From NCBI GenBank assembly GCA_050950825.1, contig JBMNIH010000004.1, positions 384,001 through 448,000 on the forward strand: a stretch of DNA of 64,000 nt. Reading direction: 5' to 3'. The DNA is from Clostridia bacterium. Lineage in GTDB: Bacteria; Bacillota; Clostridia; JAAYHZ01. A program made the position numbers and the translations under genes. Below the pieces are notes generated by a model. That model was not told where the DNA came from, ran no database searches, and was given only the letters and a program-made list of their open reading frames with translations. This document shows, piece by piece, positions 21,476 through 31,044 of this stretch (within the stretch, counting starts at the first letter, position 1; each line of letters begins with the position of its first letter).

Positions 21476-22591
21476 ATGATAACTGTATCAACACCGAGCA
21501 GGATCTGTTTGTTTGGTGAGCATCAAGATTATTTAGGACTCGAAGTTATTGCAGCTGCGATAAATCTAAGGTTTTACGCGAAGATTTCCAGAAGAGACGA
21601 TAATATTGTACGTATTAAAATTCGTGATGAACGTATCAACACTTTGAATCAAGACAATACGGAACATCTCTATGAAATCAAAACCATCGATTTATCAAAA
21701 CCCATTACATACGACCATAATAGAGACTACTTAAAAAGCACGGTCAATCTGCTGTTGAAGAAGGGATACGATCTGAACGGTGGTTTTGATATCGTTATGG
21801 ACTCCGAAATACCGATAGGAAAAGGGATGTCTTCATCCAGCACCATGATCATCGCTTTAATCAAATCCATTCTTGAAATCATTGATTCCGAAGACAAGAA
21901 CAAACCGGAAAAGATTGCAATGTTAGGCTTTTTAGCCGAAGTTGCCGAATTTAACGAACCCGGCGGCATGATGGATCATTATACGTCGGCTCTCGGTGAA
22001 TTGGTACATTTGAACTTTAAAAACGGAGAAACCGTTGTCAATAATATTGATAAAAAGATTCCCGGTAGCTTTATCTTGTTTGACTCTATGGAAGTGAAAA
22101 ACACGACCAAGGTTTTGGCTGATGCCAAGTTTCCGGTGTTAAAAGCTTTGGAAGAATTAAAGCCGAAAGGAATCAACAGCATCCGAGATTTTAAAGACAA
22201 TCCGGAGCTGATTTCCTATGTTGATGAACTGGATCCCGTTTTAAGCAAGAAATTGAAAGCAAGCATTGACAATTTCATGATCCTGAACGAAGCACGCCAA
22301 ATGCTGTCTAACGGCGGTTTTGATGACGAGTGGTTCGGCGATTTGATCTATCGCCATCACTGCAATTTAAGAGACGGTTTAGGAACCTCCACTCCTAAAA
22401 TCGAACGTATTTTGGACGTTGCCATATCGGCAGGCGCCTTAGGCGGAAAAGTAAACGGTTCGGGCGGAGGCGGCTGCTGCTTTGTCTATACACGTGAAGG
22501 AGACGGAGAGCGGATATTGGAAGCCGTAAAAAAAGAAGGTTATCCCGGTAGAATTTTAAACCAAGATAACGGTGTAAGAAGGGATAGATAA
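21476..22591 (+). CDS. GHMP-family sugar kinase (galactokinase-like)
   Basis: RICLFGEHQDY, PIGKGMSSSS, GGMMD, GSGGGG. Confidence 0.88.
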   Translation: MITVSTPSRICLFGEHQDYLGLEVIAAAINLRFYAKISRRDDNIVRIKIRDERINTLNQDNTEHLYEIKTIDLSKPITYDHNRDYLKSTVNLLLKKGYDLNGGFDIVMDSEIPIGKGMSSSSTMIIALIKSILEIIDSEDKNKPEKIAMLGFLAEVAEFNEPGGMMDHYTSALGELVHLNFKNGETVVNNIDKKIPGSFILFDSMEVKNTTKVLADAKFPVLKALEELKPKGINSIRDFKDNPELISYVDELDPVLSKKLKASIDNFMILNEARQMLSNGGFDDEWFGDLIYRHHCNLRDGLGTSTPKIERILDVAISAGALGGKVNGSGGGGCCFVYTREGDGERILEAVKKEGYPGRILNQDNGVRRDR

Positions 22592-22883
22592 AACATTATT
22601 TAAGGTTTTTGGGTACAGGCCGGTTTTTCGTATTGTCATTTTCCGTAAACGAAAGATCGGCTTGTTCTGTTCTCTTAAGATTGTTCATGGGAATGGTGAT
22701 CATTTTTTTCGATCTGAATAATCTCATGGGGAAGCTCCTTTCCGTTGCAATATTCTGTTACCGGTTATTCTAACCTGTTTGCCATAACCTATACATTTCC
22801 TTAAAGATAAAAGATAATAGAAAAATACGTACGTATTGTTCGGATAAATGGTATAATCAATAAAAAATACGGGTGTGTGACAT

Positions 22884-24110
22884 ATGAGCAAAGATATCGC
22901 AATACTTCGAGATTTGGCAAAACAATATTCGGAAATCTCCCGAAAAGAGATTCAGGAACAGAGAAGAATGCTGTGGGCTGCTCACAATGCATTCAAAGAG
23001 GTGCGTCCTCCTATCTATATTCGCCATGCGGCATGGTTACTTGAAGCGGTAGGAGATCAAATGCAGTGTGAGGATCCGTTTTACCGACGATACGAGTATT
23101 TCATACGCAGTGCCATTTTTCATGACACTTTGGCCGACGATTATATCATCGAGCCTTGGATAACCCAACAGGCGATTTACGATACGACGGGAGAGGATAT
23201 ATGGGGATTACCGGTGAAAAGGATTCATACGGAAAAGAAAAGCGTTACGAAATATATTCATCCTTTAAAGGACCCGGAAGACTTCCATAAGATGACGGTT
23301 CCCGATCATCGGATCAATTGGGAAAAGACCAATGCCGCTTTCGACAGGTTGACGGATGCGATAGGGGATATCGTCGAGGTACGGCTGGATACGACTCCGC
23401 TGCTTAACGGATTCTTTGGGGATCTGTCAACGGTATTCGGGCGGTTAAGAGGATTCGAACAGATGCTGTGGGACATGGTGGACAACCCGGAATGGCTCCA
23501 TCAAGTGATGGCTTTTATGAGGGACGGCGTGCTGAGAGTTCAACAGCAAGCGGAAGATGCAGGACACTACACATTACTCAGCAGCGAAAACCAATCCATG
23601 CCCTATTTGGAAGGCTTAGAGCCCGTGAATGCCCACCGCCGTCCGGTTAAACGAAGTGAAATTTGGGGATTTATGGCGGCTCAGGAGTTTGCGGGAGTTT
23701 CTCCGCAAATGCATGAAGAATTTTTGCTTCAATACCAAATGCCCATCATGGAAAAGTTCGGCGCCATAGCTTACGGATGCTGCGAAGATTATACGTACAA
23801 AATCGATATGCTGAGAAAGATCAAGAATTTGAGGCGAATTGCCGTTTCGCCTTTTGCAAATACGGAAAAATGCGCCGAACAGATCGGAAGGGATTATATC
23901 GTATCATGGAGGCCGAGCCCGTCCGCTATGGTATCATCGCAGTTTGACCCTGCCTATATTAAAAAACACGTAACGGAAAACATAAAGATTTTTCAAAAGT
24001 ACAACTGTCGTTTTGATATTTGCCTGAAGGATATTGAAACCATTCAAAATGAACCGAGAAGAATCGTGGAATTTTCGAGAATCGTAAGGGAATTGACGGA
24101 AACGCTATAA
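22884..24110 (+). CDS. Uncharacterised uroporphyrinogen-decarboxylase-fold protein
   Basis: LRGFEQMLWDMVDNPE, VSPQMHEEF, YGCCED motifs typical of the URO-D/MtaA-like TIM-barrel superfamily. Confidence 0.65.
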   Translation: MSKDIAILRDLAKQYSEISRKEIQEQRRMLWAAHNAFKEVRPPIYIRHAAWLLEAVGDQMQCEDPFYRRYEYFIRSAIFHDTLADDYIIEPWITQQAIYDTTGEDIWGLPVKRIHTEKKSVTKYIHPLKDPEDFHKMTVPDHRINWEKTNAAFDRLTDAIGDIVEVRLDTTPLLNGFFGDLSTVFGRLRGFEQMLWDMVDNPEWLHQVMAFMRDGVLRVQQQAEDAGHYTLLSSENQSMPYLEGLEPVNAHRRPVKRSEIWGFMAAQEFAGVSPQMHEEFLLQYQMPIMEKFGAIAYGCCEDYTYKIDMLRKIKNLRRIAVSPFANTEKCAEQIGRDYIVSWRPSPSAMVSSQFDPAYIKKHVTENIKIFQKYNCRFDICLKDIETIQNEPRRIVEFSRIVRELTETL

Positions 24111-24144
24111 GCAGAATTGTTGACATGAAAAAAGATAAAATAAA

Positions 24145-24168
24145 AAGCTGCCCTGCCAAGGGCAGCTT
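24145..24168. terminator. Bidirectional intrinsic terminator
   Basis: AAGCTGCCCT-gcca-AGGGCAGCTT between convergent ORFs. Confidence 0.75.
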
Positions 24169-24173
24169 AATTT

Positions 24174-24380
24174 TCAATCATCGAAGTACATATTGTCCGT
24201 AAAATCATCATGGAAGTAATCCGAAGGATCGTTCATTACTTGCCGATAATAGGCATTGGTTGTAAAACCAAAGGCTTGTGTTCTGTTTTTACCGTATCGA
24301 AAATACCGCTTTCTTTTTGTATAAAAGCCGGTCGGACCCGGGAAAGACCCTCTGCCGTCTAAAAAAATATCCTCTTTCAT
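24174..24380 (-). CDS. Small hypothetical protein (68 aa)
   Basis: GGAGG RBS 6 nt before ATG; ends at the shared terminator. Confidence 0.55.
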   Translation of the reverse strand: MKEDIFLDGRGSFPGPTGFYTKRKRYFRYGKNRTQAFGFTTNAYYRQVMNDPSDYFHDDFTDNMYFDD

Positions 24381-24782
24381 GTGCTACCTCCATAAAATTA
24401 AATAAGCCGATTTCTTTTGTACATAACACTATCTATTTTTTCTATTTTTCTGCGATTTATGAAAGGGTTATATTCTTAATCGAACCTAATACTTCATACG
24501 GTAAAAAATGTTGACATAAATTAAAAAGCTCGAAAATAAAACGAACAAAAACCTAATATGCATCATATAATTTACTGATAAGTATAACTGACACAATACG
24601 ATAATTGTGACTGCTCCCCTGACGAACGCCGGCTTCTGCCGGCGTTTGTTCGCTGTTTTATCATTTTTTTATTTTATTCATTATTTTATTCAAGATCGAA
24701 TAAAATGCTCCGATCATTTTGAATAATATTGAAATATGCGGATAAGCTATGTTCAAAACTATTTGGAGGTTTTTTTAAAAAA

Positions 24783-24953
24783 ATGGACAACCAAAATAAC
24801 AAAAAGAATAAGAACAAGAATCAGGACAACAGGAACAACCAAAATCGCAACCGCAACCAAAACTGCAATAGAAACGTTGACAACCTGCAGTTTGCCGACG
24901 AATTGGCTCCTAACAACGAAAGAAACAACAAAAGAAATAACGATAACTGCTAA
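24783..24953 (+). CDS. Small Asn/Arg-rich protein, possible small acid-soluble spore protein
   Basis: GGAGG RBS; MDNQNNKKNKNKNQDNRNNQNRNRNQNCNRNVDNLQFADELAPNN...; QFADE resembles the EFASE germination-protease site; hairpin terminator follows (~24977-25027). Confidence 0.6.
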   Translation: MDNQNNKKNKNKNQDNRNNQNRNRNQNCNRNVDNLQFADELAPNNERNNKRNNDNC

Positions 24954-25034
24954 AACGGTTACCGCCGCATGAAGAAAAAAGAGAACCTTCGGACAAATTT
25001 TTTTGTCGTGCTAAGGCTCTCTTTTTTTATACCG

Positions 25035-27107
25035 CTATTGATTTTTTAAATCCGGAAAACTATGGTTCGTCTTCGCATAACCGAACGAATCATCGGAAAG
25101 TGCTTGAATACCGTTTACGGTGACGGAGCTTGCCGAGGATTTTTGCATCCACTCCAGTTCATGGGAACCCGAAGCGTTGAAGTTCAAATGATAACGATTG
25201 TTGTCTGTTCGAATGTCTTCCAAGGCAATCCTGTTGTCGCAGGGAGAGCAAATAAAATCGTCGGTAAGATAAGCGATCCTCATATCGCAGCTGTTCACTT
25301 CAATTTCCAATCGCATGTCGTTGAAACATACGGAAACTTTACCGGGCCTGTTGTAATCGGTATTCAGAATATATACGGCAAAGAACCCGTCTTGTCGGTA
25401 TACTCCGTAACGAATCTTATCGTCCCCGATAACTTGAACCCTTGCTTTTCTTTGTTCTCCCGAGAGTATGGATTTCAAGATTGTCTTAAACAGCCTTCGT
25501 AAGCTTTCGGCACCGGGATAATCCCAAGCCGTTAATAAGGTTGCGGTTCCTTTACCGCAAGCGTACTCCGTCAAAATGGGGGGACGGTTCTCAAATGTAT
25601 TGAAAAAACGATCGGATAGAACGGCAATCACTTTACCGCCCTTCATTTCAATATCCGCACTTCGGATAAGACCGTCTGCGCACATCGGATCGCATGCTTC
25701 GTCTTTAGTACAAGGATACAGACACCCGTCTACCGTGCTTTCTTCGATGAATTTTACGCCCCAAGCATGTCGACGGCCGGGTCCCTTTACAACAACGCCA
25801 AACAGATCCGATACGTCGCCATTGCGGATAATCGAAAATTCTTGATTTCGAACGTCATTTGTACTCAGATGGGGGATAGATGCCAACAGTTTACCGCCTT
25901 GTTCCACATAGGCCTTCAGCTTGTCGTATAACTCTTCGGTCATGGTATTCCAACCTACAAATATCAAATAATCGTAATCGGATAACACCTTTAACGGTGC
26001 TTCCACCGGAACCAAGTCGTACTGTCCGTATGGGACGGAAAAAGAGGTATCGTTTTGTCCGTAATTGTGAGGATGGTACCAAGGATCGCCTTTGAATAAT
26101 TCGTCTGTAACAACGGACCACCCCTTTTCTGCAGAACCGTATACCCAATCCTCCTTACCAAAATTGTTCCATACCGTAGACCCGCCCCAGCCGGTGTATC
26201 CGTCCAAGTAGCCGTGTAAAAATGCGACTTTCACTTCCGGTCCGGACTGAGGACGGTAATGAAGACGTGCAAAATCGGTGAATTCATTTCGGATGTCACG
26301 GTACGTTTTGCAAAGAGGATGATTCGTATCGTAATGATATCCATAGGAAGATATGCTGATATCGCCGCTTTCCGGATAAATGTATTTGGCTCCCGATAAA
26401 AAAGCGTAATAATATGCGACTTTCAACCGCTTATACTTAAGCGGGTCGTCGTTTCGAAATCCGCCGTACCACTCATGAGCAATATGGCTTGACCATATCT
26501 TTTTATTATATGCTTTACATGCGCCTCTTGCCGAGGCAAACATGATTTCAGGATTGCCGCACATCATTTCAATAACGGTGTGGTCCACGCCGGCTTCGAA
26601 GTTATACCGACTGAATACCGTAGCTTCGACGGCCAGAACAGAAGGAACGTCTAATTTACGGTCGATATCGACGCAAGACCTTACATGTTCGATATAGGCT
26701 TGCTTTGCTTGGCTCAGGGTTTGAAAATCGGGCTTCTCCATATTCAAAACGTCGTAGTACCCCTCAAGCCAACTGGCCAAACCGCCGGTTTCGCCGATCA
26801 TGTCGCCTAGGAAATATTCTCCTGCCGTTTGTTTGAGTTCCTCAACGATCTCCGGAGTCAAATGCGTGTCTTTTCCTTCCGGTGCACCTCTTTGCTGGGT
26901 ATACAAGAAAGCGAATGTGATCTTATGCTTTTTGAAAAACTCTCCCCATTCGCGCCAAAGCTTTCTCGGCATTTCCACCGGTTTCATCATAATCAATACG
27001 AAATCCAATTTGTCCGGATCAAAATGATCTTCGATGTATTTCGTAAAATTCTCGTAATCGGAAATATGTTCTCCGATCTCGATCCCCGTTTTTGCATAGT
27101 CCTTCAT
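25035..27107 (-). CDS. Hypothetical glycoside-hydrolase-like protein (probable TIM barrel plus beta-galactosidase trimerisation-like domain)
   Basis: 690 aa with GGAGG RBS; C-terminal LSDYDYLIFVG...LKAYVEQGGKLL...DLFGV pattern; no signal peptide. Confidence 0.5.
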   Translation of the reverse strand: MKDYAKTGIEIGEHISDYENFTKYIEDHFDPDKLDFVLIMMKPVEMPRKLWREWGEFFKKHKITFAFLYTQQRGAPEGKDTHLTPEIVEELKQTAGEYFLGDMIGETGGLASWLEGYYDVLNMEKPDFQTLSQAKQAYIEHVRSCVDIDRKLDVPSVLAVEATVFSRYNFEAGVDHTVIEMMCGNPEIMFASARGACKAYNKKIWSSHIAHEWYGGFRNDDPLKYKRLKVAYYYAFLSGAKYIYPESGDISISSYGYHYDTNHPLCKTYRDIRNEFTDFARLHYRPQSGPEVKVAFLHGYLDGYTGWGGSTVWNNFGKEDWVYGSAEKGWSVVTDELFKGDPWYHPHNYGQNDTSFSVPYGQYDLVPVEAPLKVLSDYDYLIFVGWNTMTEELYDKLKAYVEQGGKLLASIPHLSTNDVRNQEFSIIRNGDVSDLFGVVVKGPGRRHAWGVKFIEESTVDGCLYPCTKDEACDPMCADGLIRSADIEMKGGKVIAVLSDRFFNTFENRPPILTEYACGKGTATLLTAWDYPGAESLRRLFKTILKSILSGEQRKARVQVIGDDKIRYGVYRQDGFFAVYILNTDYNRPGKVSVCFNDMRLEIEVNSCDMRIAYLTDDFICSPCDNRIALEDIRTDNNRYHLNFNASGSHELEWMQKSSASSVTVNGIQALSDDSFGYAKTNHSFPDLKNQ
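25580..25594 (+). repeat. GGGGACGGTTCTCAA repeat copy 1 (inside CDS)
   Basis: Exact 15-mer; encodes part of F-E-N-R-P-P on the minus strand. Confidence 0.75.
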
Positions 27108-27170
27108 TTTTTAACCTCCAAAAAAAGAAAAACCGTTGACACGGTTATATAAAATAAATGATTTATTGCT

Positions 27171-28010
27171 TTACGGCTTAAATAGCGGTTCCGTGCCTTG
27201 ACTTTTTTCTTTTAAAATGTTTATTTCGTCTTCGGTAATCGGTGTGAAATTTTGACCGACCTCCATAGCCCATCGGAGGAAGTTCATATGTCCCGGTGTA
27301 AGGGCCGTTGTCACGGGTTGGCTTAAGGTATATCGTAAAGCCAATTGTGCCAACTCCTTGTCTTCCACCGGCTTGTACCAGGTTTTCGGGTATTCCTTGT
27401 AATCCTTCGGACGAGTCGTATGGGCCATACCTTTTAAGGCAAGAACGGCAAGGTCTTTTTTCACGGCGGTTTCCATGATTCTTTTACCGAATCCGTTTGT
27501 TAGAAAGCAAACCCAATTTACCGGAAACATGACGGCATCAAAATCAAACCGGTTCATCAAATATATGGCGGCATCTTCCGAATGCACGGAGAAACCTAAA
27601 TAACGAATATATCCTTTGTCTCGCGCTTTAACAAGGGCTTCCAGAGCTCCTTTCGGTCCTAAACATGTTTTAGCTTCTTCTACGTTGTTTACTCCGTGAA
27701 GCAAGTACAAATCAAACCGGTCTGTTTTTAACTTCTTTAAAGAGTCCGACAATTCTTTATCCGCTTCATCCGCCATCCGCTTGGTCGTTTTGCATGTAAG
27801 GAAAATGCCGTCTCTCTTGCCTACCAGCCCGGGTCCCATACGATCCTGTGCGTTTCCGTAAGTAGGGGCGACATCGAAATAGTTGATACCGATGTCCACG
27901 GCTTCTGCGATATATTCATTTGCTTCTTCTTGGGATACATTGGAGACCAATATGCCTCCGAACCCTATAATCGATAGCATTTCGCTGTTTTTAAACTCTC
28001 GTTTTTGCAT
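27171..28010 (-). CDS. Aldo/keto reductase
   Basis: IGFGG, GINYFDVAPTYG, SLKKLKTDRFDLYLLHG, GYIRYLGFS. Confidence 0.92.
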   Translation of the reverse strand: MQKREFKNSEMLSIIGFGGILVSNVSQEEANEYIAEAVDIGINYFDVAPTYGNAQDRMGPGLVGKRDGIFLTCKTTKRMADEADKELSDSLKKLKTDRFDLYLLHGVNNVEEAKTCLGPKGALEALVKARDKGYIRYLGFSVHSEDAAIYLMNRFDFDAVMFPVNWVCFLTNGFGKRIMETAVKKDLAVLALKGMAHTTRPKDYKEYPKTWYKPVEDKELAQLALRYTLSQPVTTALTPGHMNFLRWAMEVGQNFTPITEDEINILKEKSQGTEPLFKP

Positions 28011-28134
28011 ACCGCATCAAAGACCGGATCTCGGTCCTGTTCCTCCTCTTCTTTTTGCTTATGCTCCATTTTATCATAAAAAAAAGAGAAATACATACGT
28101 ACTCTCTTTTTGTGGCTTACGGCAAGAAACTTCT

Positions 28135-28872
28135 TTATAACACCTTTGCAAGGAATTGCTTCAATCTCGGACTTTTCGGATTGGTAAATAATTCTTTCGG
28201 CGTATTTTCCTCAACGATTTTACCTTCGTCCATAAAAATGCATCGAGTACCGACTTCGCGAGCAAACCCCATTTCATGGGTAACGACCACCATGGTCATT
28301 CCGCTCTTCGCCAAGTCTCTCATTACATCCAATACCTCACCGACCATCTCCGGATCCAATGCACTGGTAGGCTCGTCAAAAAGCATCACATCCGGCTGCA
28401 TACAAAGCGCTCGTACGATGGCAATTCTCTGCTTTTGTCCTCCGGACAATTGGGAAGGGTAGGCGTTCTTTCGATCGCTTAATCCTACTCGTTCTAAAAG
28501 CTCTATGGCTCTGCGAACGGCGTCTTCTTTTGAATAGTTCAGCAGCTTTGTAGGACCTAAAATCAGATTTTCCAACACGGTTTTGTGAGGAAAGAGATTA
28601 AATTGTTGAAATACCATTCCCATTTTTTGGCGGTGCTTGTTAATGTCCACCTTCGGATCGGTTATATCTACATTTTCAAAATACACTTTACCGCCTGTCG
28701 GAGTTTCCAATAGGTTTAAGCAGCGAAGGAAAGTGGATTTTCCGCTTCCGGAAGGACCTATGACAACAACTACATCTCCTTTTCGTATCTCGGCGTTCAC
28801 TCCGTCTAAAGCTTTAAGGTTGCCGAAATATTTCTGCAAGTTTTCCACACGTATCAATTCGTCATCGATCAC
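28135..28872 (-). CDS. Polar amino acid ABC transporter ATP-binding protein (GlnQ/ArtR-like)
   Basis: [33 protein letters not shown]. Confidence 0.95.
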   Translation of the reverse strand: MIDDELIRVENLQKYFGNLKALDGVNAEIRKGDVVVVIGPSGSGKSTFLRCLNLLETPTGGKVYFENVDITDPKVDINKHRQKMGMVFQQFNLFPHKTVLENLILGPTKLLNYSKEDAVRRAIELLERVGLSDRKNAYPSQLSGGQKQRIAIVRALCMQPDVMLFDEPTSALDPEMVGEVLDVMRDLAKSGMTMVVVTHEMGFAREVGTRCIFMDEGKIVEENTPKELFTNPKSPRLKQFLAKVL

Positions 28873-29569
28873 TGCTTCGCAACCTCCTTTCCAAGAGTGT
28901 CACGCCTTTTGATAAAAATACGACCATGACAAGGTAGATGAGAGCGACGGCAAGCAAAGGCATCAATGCGTCATACGTTCTGCCGCGGATAATATCTCCG
29001 CCCTTTGTCAAATCCTGAAGAGCTATGTATCCGGAGACGGATGTTTCTTTCAGCAATACGATAAACTCGTTGGCCAAAGCGGGCAGAACATTTTTAAAAG
29101 CTTGAGGCAAAACAATATACCACATGGTTTGGGCATAGCTGAACCCCAAGCTGCGTCCGGCTTCCATTTGGCCTTCGTCTATCGACATGATCCCGGAACG
29201 GACAATTTCGGCTACATAGGCACCGGAATTGATGCCGAAAGCGATTATGGCGGCTATAACTTTATTAATATTAACCGATGCGAAAACGACGAAATAAATG
29301 ATCAAAAGCTGAACCACGACCGGAGTACCGCGAATCACGGTAAGATAAACCTTACATATGGCATTTAATATCTTCAACCTTCCGGTTTTGTCGCATGTAG
29401 AGCGAATAATGGCTACGGTGAATCCAATAACAATACCGATTAAAACGGCAAAAAAGGTCACCTGAAGGGTGACACCCAGTCCGTTCCAAAGGTATTTCCA
29501 ACGGTTGTCCGTTATGAAGTTGTTGATAAATTTTGCTTTAAACAACGCAAACCAATCGTCCAATATCAT
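28862..29569 (-). CDS. Polar amino acid ABC transporter permease
   Basis: [36 protein letters not shown]. Confidence 0.95.
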   Translation of the reverse strand: MILDDWFALFKAKFINNFITDNRWKYLWNGLGVTLQVTFFAVLIGIVIGFTVAIIRSTCDKTGRLKILNAICKVYLTVIRGTPVVVQLLIIYFVVFASVNINKVIAAIIAFGINSGAYVAEIVRSGIMSIDEGQMEAGRSLGFSYAQTMWYIVLPQAFKNVLPALANEFIVLLKETSVSGYIALQDLTKGGDIIRGRTYDALMPLLAVALIYLVMVVFLSKGVTLLERRLRSSDR

Positions 29570-29645
29570 CTTCCTTTTCTAATTTATTGTTATAACAAAA
29601 TACAAGGGGCGGTATCCATCGCCCCTGTAGAAACGGCTTATCAAA

Positions 29646-30392
29646 TTAACCTGCGGTAATATATTTGTCGATAATACTCTTAATAGTGCCGTCTTCCAGC
29701 ATTTCTTCCAATGCTTCGTTAATTCTCTTTAAGAGCTTATCGTTCTTCTTCGATACGGCAATGGCATACTCTTCAATGGTGAAAGCTTCCGGCAGTATTT
29801 TGATACCCTTGTTTTGGCTGACAAATACCTTTGCCGGTTCATTATCGATAACTACGGCATCCACTTTCCCTTGGAGCAAGGCCTGTACGGCTTCCACACC
29901 TTTGCTGTAGCGTTCAATTTTTGCGTCCGGATATTCGTCCGTCACATAAATGTCGCCGGTGGTGCTTTCTTGAACTCCTATGGTTTTATCGGCCAAATCG
30001 TCCGCATTCTTAATAGCGGAGTTTTCCGGAACAATAATAACCTGATATGCGATGGTATAGGGGATGGAGAAGTTTACGTTGAGTAAGCGGTCTTCCGTAA
30101 TTGTCATTCCGGCAACACCGATGTCCGCCTTACCGGTTTGAACGGCCGTGAGTATGGAACCGAATTCCATGTTTTCTATCTTAAGCTCCATGCCGAGCTT
30201 TTCCGCTAGTGCTTCGGCGATTTCCACGTCAATTCCCACAATGGCTTCACTTTCGAAATATTCATAGGGAGGGAACTCCGCATTGGTAGCCATAACGAGA
30301 ATATTATCGTCTTTGCCGCTTTTACAAGCGCTTAACGATAAAAGCATACATACCGATAAAATAATAAGTACATACTTTTTAAAATTACGCAT
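29646..30392 (-). CDS. Basic amino acid ABC transporter substrate-binding lipoprotein
   Basis: Lipobox LSAC; ATNAEFPPYE, GIDVEIA, AGMTITEDR. Confidence 0.93.
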   Translation of the reverse strand: MRNFKKYVLIILSVCMLLSLSACKSGKDDNILVMATNAEFPPYEYFESEAIVGIDVEIAEALAEKLGMELKIENMEFGSILTAVQTGKADIGVAGMTITEDRLLNVNFSIPYTIAYQVIIVPENSAIKNADDLADKTIGVQESTTGDIYVTDEYPDAKIERYSKGVEAVQALLQGKVDAVVIDNEPAKVFVSQNKGIKILPEAFTIEEYAIAVSKKNDKLLKRINEALEEMLEDGTIKSIIDKYITAG

Positions 30393-30449
30393 TTTGTATA
30401 TCCTCCTTCAACAAAAAAAACAAACAAAAAAGTCCGCTGTAGTTTCATC

Positions 30450-30502
30450 ATTATAGTATATTTATGCACATTATTCAAGTTGATTCTGTATAATTATCTA
30501 GG
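30450..30502 (-). promoter_or_regulatory. Sigma-A promoter with two ARG-box-like (ArgR) operators
   Basis: TTGAAT(30478)-17-TATAAT(30455) on the minus strand; TGCATAAATATACT (30455-30468) in the spacer and TGTATAATTATCTA (30487-30500). Confidence 0.6.
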
Positions 30503-30937
30503 AAAACGACTCTTACGACTCTTATCTTCAATTCCAAGATTTATATCGTACAAGAACTTCACAAGGAATAATTATGGGGAAGTGAGGAAGCTTACCGAAA
30601 GCCACTAGCTTCAATACGCTTACGTAGGAAGATGCCGTATTGTAACGGCCTAAAAAATTTTGCGCAAAATCATTTTAACCGGTATAACCTCTCATGATAG
30701 AGGAAAGCCCCTTTTCATGTAAAAGTCCATCCGTTCAAAATATTATCGTGTATTTGGATAAAATTTTTCTATCAAGGAAGAATTGTTACTGTTAGAATGA
30801 TTTTTTCTACAAAAAGCAAGTGAATGATTCGTATATTTCCTGATATTCGTCCATATAACCGGAGGCCAAACTGTACATTTCAACATTGTATACATAATAC
30901 ATATTTCATAAATTTAACATAAAAATAACAAAAAATA

Positions 30938-31000
30938 TCGTTAAAATATTGACAATGTCCTGTTCTCCGGAGTATAATAACATTGATAATAATTTAACAA
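30938..31000 (+). promoter_or_regulatory. adhE promoter with two Rex operators
   Basis: TTGACA(30949)-18-TATAAT(30973); TCGTTAAAATATTGACAA (30938-30955) and TTGATAATAATTTAACAA (30983-31000) match TTGTTAA-N4-TTAACAA. Confidence 0.8.
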
Positions 31001-31044
31001 TACCTTAGACGGAAAAGTGAGAATGAAAGACGGGAGGTAATGAA

